A stretch of DNA of 21,588 bases from assembly GCA_032128375.1 (NCBI GenBank), contig JAQBGU010000059.1:1-21588 (forward strand), read 5' to 3'. The translations under genes and the position numbers were made by a program. The notes below the pieces were generated by a model that had not been told where the DNA came from, made no database searches, and saw only the letters and a program-made list of their open reading frames with translations. Source of the stretch: Deltaproteobacteria bacterium (GTDB lineage Bacteria; Myxococcota_A; UBA9160; SMWR01). This document shows positions 8,019 to 17,700 of the stretch, in pieces. Positions within the stretch are counted from its first letter, which is position 1. Each line of letters opens with the position of its first letter.

Positions 8019-8948
8019 ATGTCGCAGCTTGCGCTCTTCGAGGGACCGCACATTCCACGCACCGCAGCCCATGAGGCACTTTCGAGAGGTGATTTCGGCG
8101 AGGCGAGCAGGCAGCTGAGATTGGCGGACGCACCGGCGGATGCCGCAGATGCGAACCGGTTGCGACGCATCGACTCGGCGTTGCAAGCGACGGGCAGGGA
8201 TCCGAATTCTGTGCACGCGGCGTTCGCTGCCGCACTCGAATCTCCGGTGCCTCGCGGATTCCTGTTGGCAGACGAGTGGTTTCGCCTCTACGCACAAAGG
8301 ATGGCTGCTGCGTTGGCTGCGGAGCCCGAGCGCTGCTTCCGCGGATGGTTGGGGGCGCACTTTGCGTTCGCATCCGACCGCGCGGACGAAGTTCGGAGTC
8401 TCGCCGTACAGCTGATCGCGACCCAGCCGCCAGGACGTACATGGATCGAGGCGTCGCGGTTCGAGTTCCGATTCGGTGATGCGGCCAGAGCCCGGAGTTG
8501 GATTCATGCAGCCTGTCTCGGCAGCGCGACAGATCTCACGCCGGCAGCGCCGGTCATTGAACTCTGCGGGGTGCCGGCACTCGATGCACCGCCAGCGCTC
8601 CCCGCGCTTCCTGCGGCAGTCGAAGATCTGTTCGATCTGGTGCGGGTGCTCGACGGTCTCCCGGATAGCTCAACGCGGTGGGTGGCCGTTGTGGGGGAAA
8701 TCGATCGGGTCTTGGCACCCGTTGGCGGGGTCGAGACTGAAACGCCCAAACTCGCGGCGCCCGACGGCGACCCGGTTCAGGTGTTTCTGGCCGGACTGCG
8801 CGCGGCCAGGCGTTCGCGAGAACGCGATACTACCCGCGGACCCGATCACTGCAGCGATCGCGAACTGCGAGCGCGCAAACACATGCAGCGTGTGGCTCCA
8901 GTGCTACTCGAGCGCTACCTGCACGCGGTCCGCGAATCGTTGTTCTGA
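8019..8948 (+). CDS. Hypothetical helical (TPR-like) protein with N-terminal QLALF motif, 309 aa
   Basis: Long open frame with protein-like Ala/Leu/Arg-rich helical composition; GAGGGG RBS before ATG 8019 (MSQLALFEG...). No catalytic motif recognised. Confidence 0.7.
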   Translation: MSQLALFEGPHIPRTAAHEALSRGDFGEASRQLRLADAPADAADANRLRRIDSALQATGRDPNSVHAAFAAALESPVPRGFLLADEWFRLYAQRMAAALAAEPERCFRGWLGAHFAFASDRADEVRSLAVQLIATQPPGRTWIEASRFEFRFGDAARARSWIHAACLGSATDLTPAAPVIELCGVPALDAPPALPALPAAVEDLFDLVRVLDGLPDSSTRWVAVVGEIDRVLAPVGGVETETPKLAAPDGDPVQVFLAGLRAARRSRERDTTRGPDHCSDRELRARKHMQRVAPVLLERYLHAVRESLF

Positions 8949-8984
8949 TGGCCCGTCTTCTCTCCGTCTGAGTGCATTGCGCCA

Positions 8985-9194
8985 TCAGGGGGTCTGGGAA
9001 GCACTGCCCACGCTGCTCGCAGCGACGGCCCCCGACGTCCAGCCGATGGACTACTACGGGCCAGTCAAACGCAGCGAGACCGCGCGGAACGCGGGGCCGG
9101 CAGAAATTGCGGAACAGTCCGAGACGAACAGGTGGCCCAGAGACTCTGGGAGCTGAGCATCCAACTGACGCGTGTCTACTATCTGAACGACTGA
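8985..9194 (+). pseudogene. C-terminal remnant of a short-chain dehydrogenase/reductase (retinol dehydrogenase-like)
   Basis: QGVWEALPTLLAATAPDVQPMDYYGP..., then after a frameshift near 9120 RDEQVAQRLWELSIQLTRV..* (TGA 9192-9194). Matches the typical ALPTLYAAT...YYGP...RLWExSxxLT tail of this SDR group. Confidence 0.75.
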
Positions 9195-9236
9195 GTGGCG
9201 ATGCCATGAGTACAGGCCTATGAGGAATGTGAGGAG

Positions 9237-9869
9237 GTCATCGGGCTTCCCGCGCGCCAGACCGTGCTCTTCGCCAAGCAGGCTGCAGAAATCGACGTCC
9301 TTTCTGGCGGCCGACTCCGTCTGGGAATCGGTGTCGGCTTCCACCGCGAGAGTTCGGGTCCCTCGGGCAGGATTTCACACAGCGCGGGCGCCGCTGCAGC
9401 GAGCAAATGCAGCTGCTTCGGCTGCTCTGGACGGAGCCGGAGGCCAGCTTCGAAGGGGAGTTCGATCGCGTCAGCAAGAACAGCATCGACCCGCTACCGA
9501 TTCAGCGCCCCATCCCGATGTGGATCGGAGGAGCGAGTCGGCCGTCGGGCCCCGTCTTGCAGCGGACCGCTCGATTCGCAGGTGGCTGGTTCCGCGCTCT
9601 GCGCCCCGGAAGAGTACGCCGACATTCGCGGCCAGATCGATGCAATCGCCCGCGACGCGGGTCGCGATCCCGCCGAGATCGGCGTCGGAGTCCCGGGAAA
9701 AACCGACGAGGAGTGGCTCTCTCTCGTGGAAGCCCGCCGCGACTCGGGAGTCACCCACCTGTGTATGCGAACCCTGGGTGGCGAACTCGGCGCCAACGAA
9801 CATCTCGAAACGGCTGTTGAGCGAACGACACGGCGTCGGCTGGTAAGGAAGATTCCAACGAGCTCGTGA
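9237..9869 (+). pseudogene. LLM class (probably F420-dependent) oxidoreductase, 5'-truncated and frameshifted
   Basis: LPARQTVLFAKQAAEIDVLSGGRLRLGIGVG, then in another frame EQMQLLRLLWTE...FEGEF...PLPIQRPIPMWIGG, then back in the first frame ARDAGRDPAEIG...GVTHL. The N-terminal part is missing. Confidence 0.85.
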
Positions 9870-10054
9870 GGAACGTGGCTCGCAATACCGGCCGCCTGCG
9901 GCGTGGGCGGCACTTCGCGGCGCGGATCGAATGCGACCGTGCGCGGTTGGTTGCAAGAAGGAAACCGTCCGAGAAATTGAGGGAAGGATTTTCCTCTTTG
10001 GCAAAGCGGTCCCGCTCTCTTCGCGAGAACCGCAAATCTGTTCGCGCGTGAGGC

Positions 10055-12148
10055 TCAGGTCACGACGATGCGAACCTGGGCGAGGTTGGGGATCCGGCAC
10101 GTCGTTGCGTTCACGTGCCCGCTGCGGTGCGAGTGGACCCGCGCGGTGGCGAAGTAGGTGCCCGGCGCGTCGTAGGTGTGCGACGTCTCGAAGTGTACGG
10201 TCGAAGCGGTTCCGTCAATCCCGTCGACCTGCAACCCAAACGCTCCGCTCCCGTCGAGGTCCCACGCTACGTCGACGATCTGGCCCGCACCCGGTGGCAC
10301 CTCGGCGCTCATCGCGAGTGTGACAGGCTCGCCCGTGCTCACCTCTGCCCGAACTCCGCCGTTGGCTGTGGCTCGGACCACGGGCTGGATGCCGCCGCGC
10401 TCCGCTGCGCGTTCGGGCAGGATGATCTTGCCGTCGCGGAGTTCGAAGCTCGTTTCCGCCGGTTCGACACCGTCTTCGACCCACGCGACCAGGTCGAGCA
10501 GAGACTGTTCGATGATCGGCCGGTAATCGACGATCCAGGTCGTCGTGGCCCGGCCGGGCGCCGAGCTGAGCATGAAGGGCGGAATGTGTTCGGCGTTCTC
10601 GGTCCAGCGCAGGCGGAACTGCCGGGCAGCTTGCTCGGGCCCGCGCACGGCCTCGACGGCCTTCTTGTAGACGCCGCCTTCCGGCGGCCACAGCGAGTTG
10701 TCGTGCGTATGGTGGATCCACAAGAGCTTGCCGTCGTACTGGCCCGAGTAGGGCACGCCCATCAGCGGTGACTGCAGTGGCACCCCGTGCTGGGGATAGA
10801 GCGGATTGCCGTCAGAACGCAGGAAGTCGAACAGCGCGTCGTCTTCGGCGATGTGGTGCCGGTAGTAGTAACAGAAGGCCAGGAACGCCCGGTTGCAGAC
10901 ATGTACCGCGTCACCGGGCACGACGTCCGTGAAACGCTGCAGGTTCGCCTCGCGACGGCCGTCGCAGAACAGCACGTCGCCGGCGTGCGCCATGCAGTAA
11001 AGCGATCGCCCTGCCGCCTTGCCGTCGGTGATTCGGACACCCGTTCCCAGCAGGTAGCCGCGCTCGACACCGGAGAGTTTGACCGCAATCGGCAGCGCGG
11101 CCTGTCCGCCCATCATCCCCATCAGCAGGGCCATTGTCCGGGCAGAGGCGTATTGGTCGCCGGCAAAGGCCGGATCGTTGATGATGTCGTTCGCGGTCAG
11201 CACGCGTTCGACGGTCGTGTGGAGATCGATGAGGTCTTTCTCGACGTGGGCGGGCTCGTCGTATCCGACGTAGCCCGGCTGGCTCCAGAACGCGTCGAAG
11301 TACTCGGGATCCTCGTCCTCCTGCAGCATGTCGGAGATCGACGTCCACAACCACATCTGACCCATCGGATGGGCGATCATGAACTCGTCGCCGCGCGGGT
11401 ACCCCAGCCGGTACAAGTTCGCGAGTTCTTCGCGCTGATGCGCCGAGAGACCGTCGAAGGGGGTACCGCTCCCGCCCGGGGCCGTGGCGTCGACGACGCC
11501 TGCGAGCTGATCGCCGAGCAGTCGCTGCACGTTGAACATCGCGGAGAACACGACCGGCTGGGCACTGCGTACGCACGAAGTCGTGCCGTGGGGCTCGACG
11601 TTGCCGCCACCCATGAACGGCATGGCTCCGTCATAGACACCCCCCGCGTACTCGAGACACAGCGGAGATCGCCGCGCGCCCCCGCTGCCGCCCCACACGT
11701 AGGCGTGGTGGGGCGGCTCGCCGTAGATCTGGGCGGCGAGGTGTTTCGAGAAGCGCGCCGACTCGATGCTGGCGCGATGGCCGTACAGGGTCGGGTCGTC
11801 GCCGCCCTTGGGGTCGACATCGTCCCCGATGTGACCGGAGTTCGATTCGACCATGTAGCCACCGAGTCGGGCCAGCACGGTCAACCCGCCGCCGAGGATC
11901 TCGCCCATCGGTCCGGCGAAAGCGTCCTCGTGGCCCGCGTGCGCGCCTTCCAACGGGTGGAACAGACGGCCCCGATATTCCGGGCCTGTCGGAAAATAGA
12001 AGGTGAAGCGCGTGTCGGTTCCCGCGAACCCGCCGTGGAGGTGGCGGTACGGGATCGGCGACGCACGCTCCTCGTCCAGGTCGAGAAACGGGGTGCCGAA
12101 GAAGGGGTCTGCCGGAATGTACAACTCGACTTCGAGTCGGGGGTCCAT
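10055..12148 (-). CDS. Tannase/feruloyl-esterase-like alpha/beta hydrolase with C-terminal PKD domain, ~697 aa
   Basis: GxSxG nucleophile elbow in YVWGGSGGARRS, followed by VYDGAMPF; candidate Asp (HDNSLWP) and His (ENAEH). PKD-like tail VAWDLDGSG...SHTYDAPGTYFATARV. Strong RBS GGAGGTGA before ATG 12148. Confidence 0.75.
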   Translation of the reverse strand: MDPRLEVELYIPADPFFGTPFLDLDEERASPIPYRHLHGGFAGTDTRFTFYFPTGPEYRGRLFHPLEGAHAGHEDAFAGPMGEILGGGLTVLARLGGYMVESNSGHIGDDVDPKGGDDPTLYGHRASIESARFSKHLAAQIYGEPPHHAYVWGGSGGARRSPLCLEYAGGVYDGAMPFMGGGNVEPHGTTSCVRSAQPVVFSAMFNVQRLLGDQLAGVVDATAPGGSGTPFDGLSAHQREELANLYRLGYPRGDEFMIAHPMGQMWLWTSISDMLQEDEDPEYFDAFWSQPGYVGYDEPAHVEKDLIDLHTTVERVLTANDIINDPAFAGDQYASARTMALLMGMMGGQAALPIAVKLSGVERGYLLGTGVRITDGKAAGRSLYCMAHAGDVLFCDGRREANLQRFTDVVPGDAVHVCNRAFLAFCYYYRHHIAEDDALFDFLRSDGNPLYPQHGVPLQSPLMGVPYSGQYDGKLLWIHHTHDNSLWPPEGGVYKKAVEAVRGPEQAARQFRLRWTENAEHIPPFMLSSAPGRATTTWIVDYRPIIEQSLLDLVAWVEDGVEPAETSFELRDGKIILPERAAERGGIQPVVRATANGGVRAEVSTGEPVTLAMSAEVPPGAGQIVDVAWDLDGSGAFGLQVDGIDGTASTVHFETSHTYDAPGTYFATARVHSHRSGHVNATTCRIPNLAQVRIVVT

Positions 12149-12373
12149 CGTGCTCACCTCCATTGCCACTCATTTTCATGCCGCAGTTGCGAACCGGCGC
12201 CGCGCCTCAGTCCGTCTTCTCGACCCGCAACACCTAAAACACGATTCCACCGACTTCGGCGCAGAACGCTCAGATGCCCTGTCCGTCCCCCCATGGTACC
12301 AGCTGCATGTTGCTGCACGGGATCTCGCGCTCGACGCCGCATCACGGTGCGTTGCTTGCGAGCATGGGTAGGT

Positions 12374-12670
12374 GATGATCGAGATGAGGATGGCCTGGTG
12401 GGTCGTGATGGCGCCATCGTGAACACCGCGCGCGAGCGCGTGCAGCATCGGCGCGTTGGACTCGGTGCGCGTCTCCGCAATCGCCCTTTCGACATGTTCG
12501 CTGAGGTATGCGCCCATATTGATCGTTTCGATGAACACCTTGGAGGGTTCTTCCTCGTCGACATTCCCAGCGAGGAGGTCACCCCCGATCATCGCCCACT
12601 TGCGGTGTCGGCTGACGTCACCGCCCGGCAGGCCAAGCAAAGCCGCAACGACGCGTGCCGGGATCAGTTC
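12374..12670 (-). pseudogene. Internal fragment of a cytochrome P450 (approximately helices E to start of I)
   Basis: ELIPARVVAALLGLPGGDVSRHRKWA...MGAYLSEHVERA...PMLHALARGVHDGAITTHQAILISII resembles the bacterial P450 pattern lP..Vi..LLGlP..D.....W. No AGxxT, ExxR or heme-Cys motif follows. Confidence 0.6.
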
Positions 12671-12912
12671 GGAGGGTGATCGTCCACTCCGAGGTGCCTT
12701 CGAGATCGTAGGCACCCCGAGTCGGCGAGACCTTCTCGAGGGTTCCTTGTGCACCTTGAACAGGTGGTAGCTCTCAACGCCGTTTTAGTTGGCCTCCCAC
12801 CGCTGCGGCTCTCTGGGTGCCGTAGCGTTCGATCCCATACGGGGCGAGGTCGTGGAATCTGCGCACGCGACCGGGAATGGAGCCGATCGTTGGAGCGAAG
12901 CGGCGTCGACGG

Positions 12913-13281
12913 TCAGCTGGGCGGACAGAGTGCGCAGATCTTGTTTCCATCCGGATCGCGAAGGTAGGCGAGGTACATCCCGTTCTCGCGGACGCCTGGC
13001 GAATCTTCGATCGCCGTCCCGCCGTTTGCGACACCGGCTTCATGCCAGGCGTTTCCCTGCTCGGCGGACTCGACCTTGAACCCGATCGTGCTTCCGTTGC
13101 CATGCGTTGCGGGCGCGCCGTCAATCGGGACGGTAATCGCGAAGACGCCACCCGGGCTGACGTAGAAATATCGACCCTTGTTGTCGACGCCGGGCCCAAG
13201 GCCCAAGGTTGCGAAGATCGCGTCATAGAACCTTTTCGATGCATCGATATCGCTTACACCAACCATTACGTGACTAAACAT
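12913..13281 (-). CDS. VOC (glyoxalase/bleomycin resistance) family protein, 122 aa
   Basis: MFSHVMVGVSDIDASKRFYDA...PIDGAPATHGNGSTIGF...AGVANGG...YLAYLRDPDGNKICAL; AGGAG RBS. Confidence 0.93.
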   Translation of the reverse strand: MFSHVMVGVSDIDASKRFYDAIFATLGLGPGVDNKGRYFYVSPGGVFAITVPIDGAPATHGNGSTIGFKVESAEQGNAWHEAGVANGGTAIEDSPGVRENGMYLAYLRDPDGNKICALCPPS

Positions 13282-13379
13282 GTCTCTCTCCTAGGGTGTT
13301 CAGTTTTCCTTTGTTTCGTACAAGTGGCCTGGATGGACCGGGCGCGATCGGCAATGCGAATGCACAGGGCTGGCGGCCG

Positions 13380-13617
13380 AATTCGAGCCGTCCAACTTGG
13401 CAACTTGAGACTAACACGGGTGGGCCGTCTTCGATGGCCGAAACGCGCAGTCTCCGGCTCGGATGCACCCAAGCTCAACGCCCAACACCCGCGGAATCGC
13501 GGGGATTCTCACGCCGTGCCCGAGTGCGCGCCGGAAGTCTCTACACCCGCAGACAAAATGGCGGTGCAGGCAGTCTGTAGCGGACTCGTCTCCAGGGACG
13601 ATTCCCTGAACTACAGG
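13380..13617 (-). mobile_element. Possible orphan end (att-like remnant) of a tRNA-targeting integrative element
   Basis: Minus strand reads GAGACGAGTCCGCTACAGACTGCCTGCACCGCCA (tRNA-3'-end-like CCGCCA). Nearby dyads: CAGGGA-cgat-TCCCTG (13593-13608), CCGCG-gaat-CGCGG, and GAGACT...AGTCTC. Recognised by pattern only; no recombinase is in the window. Confidence 0.35.
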
Positions 13618-13753
13618 CCACCCGCGCCCCAGACCACGGCGAGCTTGGTGACGGTTCGAGTCAGTGTCGCGGGATCCGCGGCGGCAAGAGAAGGCTCTGC
13701 TGCTAGCGTCTCTGAGTCAGAGATTGGGGGAAGTTCACCAACGAGGTTTCTGA

Positions 13754-14470
13754 ATGATCAAGCTCTACGTGATTCCGCCGGCTTTCGGGTTGCGCAACAC
13801 GGGCCCGTTCGGTTTGAAGTGCGAAATGGCGCTGCTGCATCTGAAACAGGAGTTCGAGCTGATCCCCACCGGAGACCCGCGCAGCGGGCCCAAACGCAAG
13901 CTCCCGTACATCGATGACGACGGCACGGTGATCGCGGATTCGGAGCTGATCCTCCAACACCTCGATGCCAAGACCAACGGCGGTCTGTACGGTCGTCTGA
14001 CCGATGAAGAGCGCGCCGATGGAATCGCGTTCACGCGGCTCGCGGAAGAACATCTCTATTGGATGATGGTCGCGTCCCGCTGGCTCGACGACGTTTGGTG
14101 GCCGCACATCGTCTCGGGTTTCTTCGCATCGATGCCGTTCCCGGTGCGCCACATCGCTCCGATTCTCGCGCGACGCGAGGTCCGCAAGACCTACTACCTG
14201 CAAGGTCTCGGCCGACACACCCTCGAAGAACAGAAGGGCTTCTGCCGCCGCGACCTCGACGCGATCGCCGGCAAAGTCGGCGACGGCCCGTTCCTGTTCG
14301 GCGAAAAGCTCACTGTCTTCGACTTCGGCATCGCCGCACTGCTGGCCGGCGCGATCGACCACAAACCGGCCTCCTGGGTGACAGACGTCGCCCGCGAGTT
14401 CCCATCGGTCGTCGACTACGCCGAACGAGTCCAGCTGGCCGCAGGCGCCCACTGCCGTGAGGTCGTCTAG
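13754..14470 (+). CDS. Glutathione S-transferase family protein (FAX/metaxin-like), 238 aa
   Basis: GPFGLKCEMAL...GPKRKLPYIDDDGTVIADSELILQHL (GST-N), EEHLYWMMVASRW, GLGRHT, DLDAIAGKVGDGPFLFGEKLTVFD (GST-C); GAGG RBS. Confidence 0.9.
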   Translation: MIKLYVIPPAFGLRNTGPFGLKCEMALLHLKQEFELIPTGDPRSGPKRKLPYIDDDGTVIADSELILQHLDAKTNGGLYGRLTDEERADGIAFTRLAEEHLYWMMVASRWLDDVWWPHIVSGFFASMPFPVRHIAPILARREVRKTYYLQGLGRHTLEEQKGFCRRDLDAIAGKVGDGPFLFGEKLTVFDFGIAALLAGAIDHKPASWVTDVAREFPSVVDYAERVQLAAGAHCREVV

Positions 14471-14702
14471 CTCTAGCCAACGGACATCGATGCGCTCTGA
14501 CCTGACGCGCATGTGACGCGCAATGGTTGCGGTCGAGGTGCCGATCTCATGGCGAATTGTCGGTTCGGCATTCGGCGGCGACTCCTGTGCCGGCACACGC
14601 GCTTTCATCTGATGATCGGACCCGAGATGAGCGTCCTGTCCGCCTATGGATCGTTGGCCAGATACCGCTGATGTCGGCGTCGCGGTGTTTCGAGATGCGG
14701 TC

Positions 14703-17700
14703 TCAGGAACGCGCGCGCGAGACCCGCGATCGCAAGCGAATTGCCGCGTAGCCGAGCGCGACCAAACCGAACGCCAACGCCAGCGCACCAACTCGATTCG
14801 GAAGTGCAGGTACCGCGACTAGTGGCTGGAACATCGAACCGCCGGCTGCCATGACCCCGAGCACCTCGGCGGTATCCAGGCCAACACGATAGACGCGAAC
14901 ATCATCGATCGCGCCGTGGAAGGGTCCGTATCCGTCTGGGTTTAGACCGATGTAGGTCGCCGGAGCCTCATCGCCGACTGGGCCGGTCATGGCCAACGAA
15001 CCGACAACCGACCCATCCTGGTAGAGCCTCAGCATCGTACCGTCATAGCTGAGTGCCACATGTGTCCAGCGGCCTGCGGTAACCGGTTCGGTGCCAATCA
15101 GGGTCTGCGTGGTACCGCCCGTCCGTAGACGTACGCGGAGCCGAATCTCGCCACCTCGAAAAACAGTCGACAGCATGAAGTCGTGGTCGGAATTTTTGGT
15201 GCCTGTCGAGTTCGAGATCAGCCGAGCGTCGCTGACACCGAAGCTCTCGGCTCTGAACCACGCCGTTACACTCAGCTCTGGTGACGCCGACGAGATGCTC
15301 GACACATCCAGATAGTCGTCGCTGCCATCAAAGAGAAGCGCACCACCGAGTTGCCCGGCGATCCACGATGTACCCGAGCTCGAACCGTGATGCCCGTGGC
15401 CGCTGACATCCGCGGCGCGCGTGCCGGCTCCCTCGTCGAAGGGCCAGTGCGCGAGCAGCGGGCCGTCGTTGCAGGCCAGGGGCGTACCGGGTTGACAGAT
15501 GCCCGCCGAGCAGATCTCATCACCGTTGCAAAGGTCGCGATCAGCGCAGCTGGCCGTGTTGTTGGTGCTGAAGCAGCCAGTGCCCGGGTCGCAACTGTCG
15601 TCGGTACAGACGTTGTCGTCATCGCAGTTCGGCGATGTGCCGGCCTGACACAGACCCGCCGCGCAGACCTCCGCGCCGTTGCAGGCGTTGCCGTCGCCGC
15701 ACTCAGAATTCAGCAAGCACTCGCTGGCGCCGGCGATGATGTTCAGAACCTGGGCAGAACTGAGCCCGATCGCATAGATACGAACGTCGTCGATGCTGCC
15801 GTGGAAGGGTGCATAGCCATCGGGGTTCCGGCCGATGTGTGTATGGAGCGCCAGATCGCCGACAGCGCCTGTCATTGCCTTCGATGCGCCGACGGACCCA
15901 TCCTGGTAGAGCCTCAGTGTCGCTCCGTCATAGCTGAGTGCCACATGGGTCCAACGACGCGCCAAGACGGCGGCCGTGCCGACCAGCGTGTGGGTGGTGC
16001 CACCGGTTCGCAGCCGCACGCGCAAGCGGATCTCGCCAGCGCGGGAGAAGGTCGACACCATGAAATCGTGGTCGGCTTCCTGCTGTCCACTCGACTTTGA
16101 GATCAGTCGCGCATCAGCCACGCCAAATCCCTCCGCGTTGAACCATGCCGTCACACTGAATTCCGGGGAAGCCGACGACACGCCCGACACATCCAGATAG
16201 TCGTCCGTGCCATCGAAGAAGAGCGCGTTGCCGAGTTGCCCTGCTACCCAACCGAGTCCGGATGTCGCGGCGTGGTGACCATTGCCACTCACGTCAGCCG
16301 TCTCGGTACCGCTTCCTTCATCGAAGGGCCAATGCGCAAGCAGGTCCTCGTCGCAACTGTCCGTGTCGTTGCTGCACCGGCCGAGACACGGCTCGACGCC
16401 GGATTGGCAGCCGTTGATCGGGTCGCAGACTTCGTTCCCGTTGCAAAACACTTGGTCGTCACACAGGCTGTTGGTGGGAACGTGGGTGATGCCAGCAACC
16501 GGATCGCAGCTGTCGAGGGTGCAGAGCACGCCATCATCCGCAATCGGGGGAATGCCGGGTTGACAGATTCCTGCGGCGCAGACCTCATCTCCGTTGCACG
16601 CGTCGCCGTCGCTGCAGCTGCCTGTGTTGGGGGAGCTGACACAACCCGATTCAGTGTCACAGCTGTCGTCGGTGCAGAGGTTGCCGTCGTCACAGCCGGC
16701 GCCGTTGTCGATGACGAGGCATCCGGCGGCTGGATCGCAACTGTCGTCTGTACATTGGATATTGTCATCACAGATCAGTGATGTGCCGGGCTGACAAACT
16801 CCGGCCGCGCAGACCTCGTCTCCGTTGCACGCGTCGCCGTCGCCGCAGCTGGCTGTGTTGTCATTGTTGAGGCAGCCGGAGCCCGGGTCGCAGCTGTCGT
16901 CAGTACACACGTTTCCGTCGTCGCAGACCAGAGGCGTACCGCTCTGGCAGATGCCGGCCGAACAGACTTCGTCGCCGTTGCACGCGTCGTCGTCGCCGCA
17001 GCTGGCCGAGTTGTCAGTTCCAATGCAGCCGGATCCCGGGTCGCAGCTGTCATCCGTGCAGACGTTTCCGTCGTCGCAAACCAGTGAGCCGCCTGGCTGA
17101 CAGGAACGCGCCGCGCAGACCTCATCGCCGTTGCAGGCATTGCCGTCGCCGCAGCCGGCTGTGTTGTCGGTGTTGAAGCAGCCTGAACCTGGGTCGCAGC
17201 CGTCGTCGGTACAGATGTTTCCGTCATTGCAGATCAGGGGCGCGCCGAGATGGCAGATGCTGGCTGAGCAGACCTCGTCGCCGTTGCACGCGTCACCATC
17301 GCCACAGCTGGCTGTGTTGTCCGTGTTGAGGCAGCCGGAATCGGGGTCGCAACTGTCGTCAGTACACACATTTCCGTCGTCGCAGGTCAACAGCGTGCCA
17401 GGTTGGCAGACGCCGGCCGAGCAGAATGCGTCACCGGTGCACGCGTCGCCTTCGCCGCAGCTGGCCGTGTTGTCGGTATTCAGGCAGCCTGAGCCGGGAT
17501 CGCAGCTGTCGTCCGTGCAGGCGTTTCCGTCGTCGCAGACAGGCGGCGTGCCCGCCTGACAGCTGCCTGCCGAGCAGATCTCGTCGCCGTTACAGGCATT
17601 GTCGTCGCCGCAACCGGCCGTGTTGTTCGTCCGAATACAACCCGCGCCGGGGTCGCAACTGTCGTCCGTACAGACGTTTCCATCGTCGCAGCTGGCTGTG

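Noticed and set aside
12770..12900. Possible attC site (GCTCTCAAC...GTTGGAGC) or GST-like scar (APYGIERY) downstream of the VOC gene
   Set aside because: The ends do not fit RYYYAAC/GTTRRRY, there is no internal L-box pairing, no integrase and no second site. The peptide match is too short.
13559..13620. Complete tRNA gene
   Set aside because: Only a CCGCCA-like end; no GTTCGA T-loop or cloverleaf.
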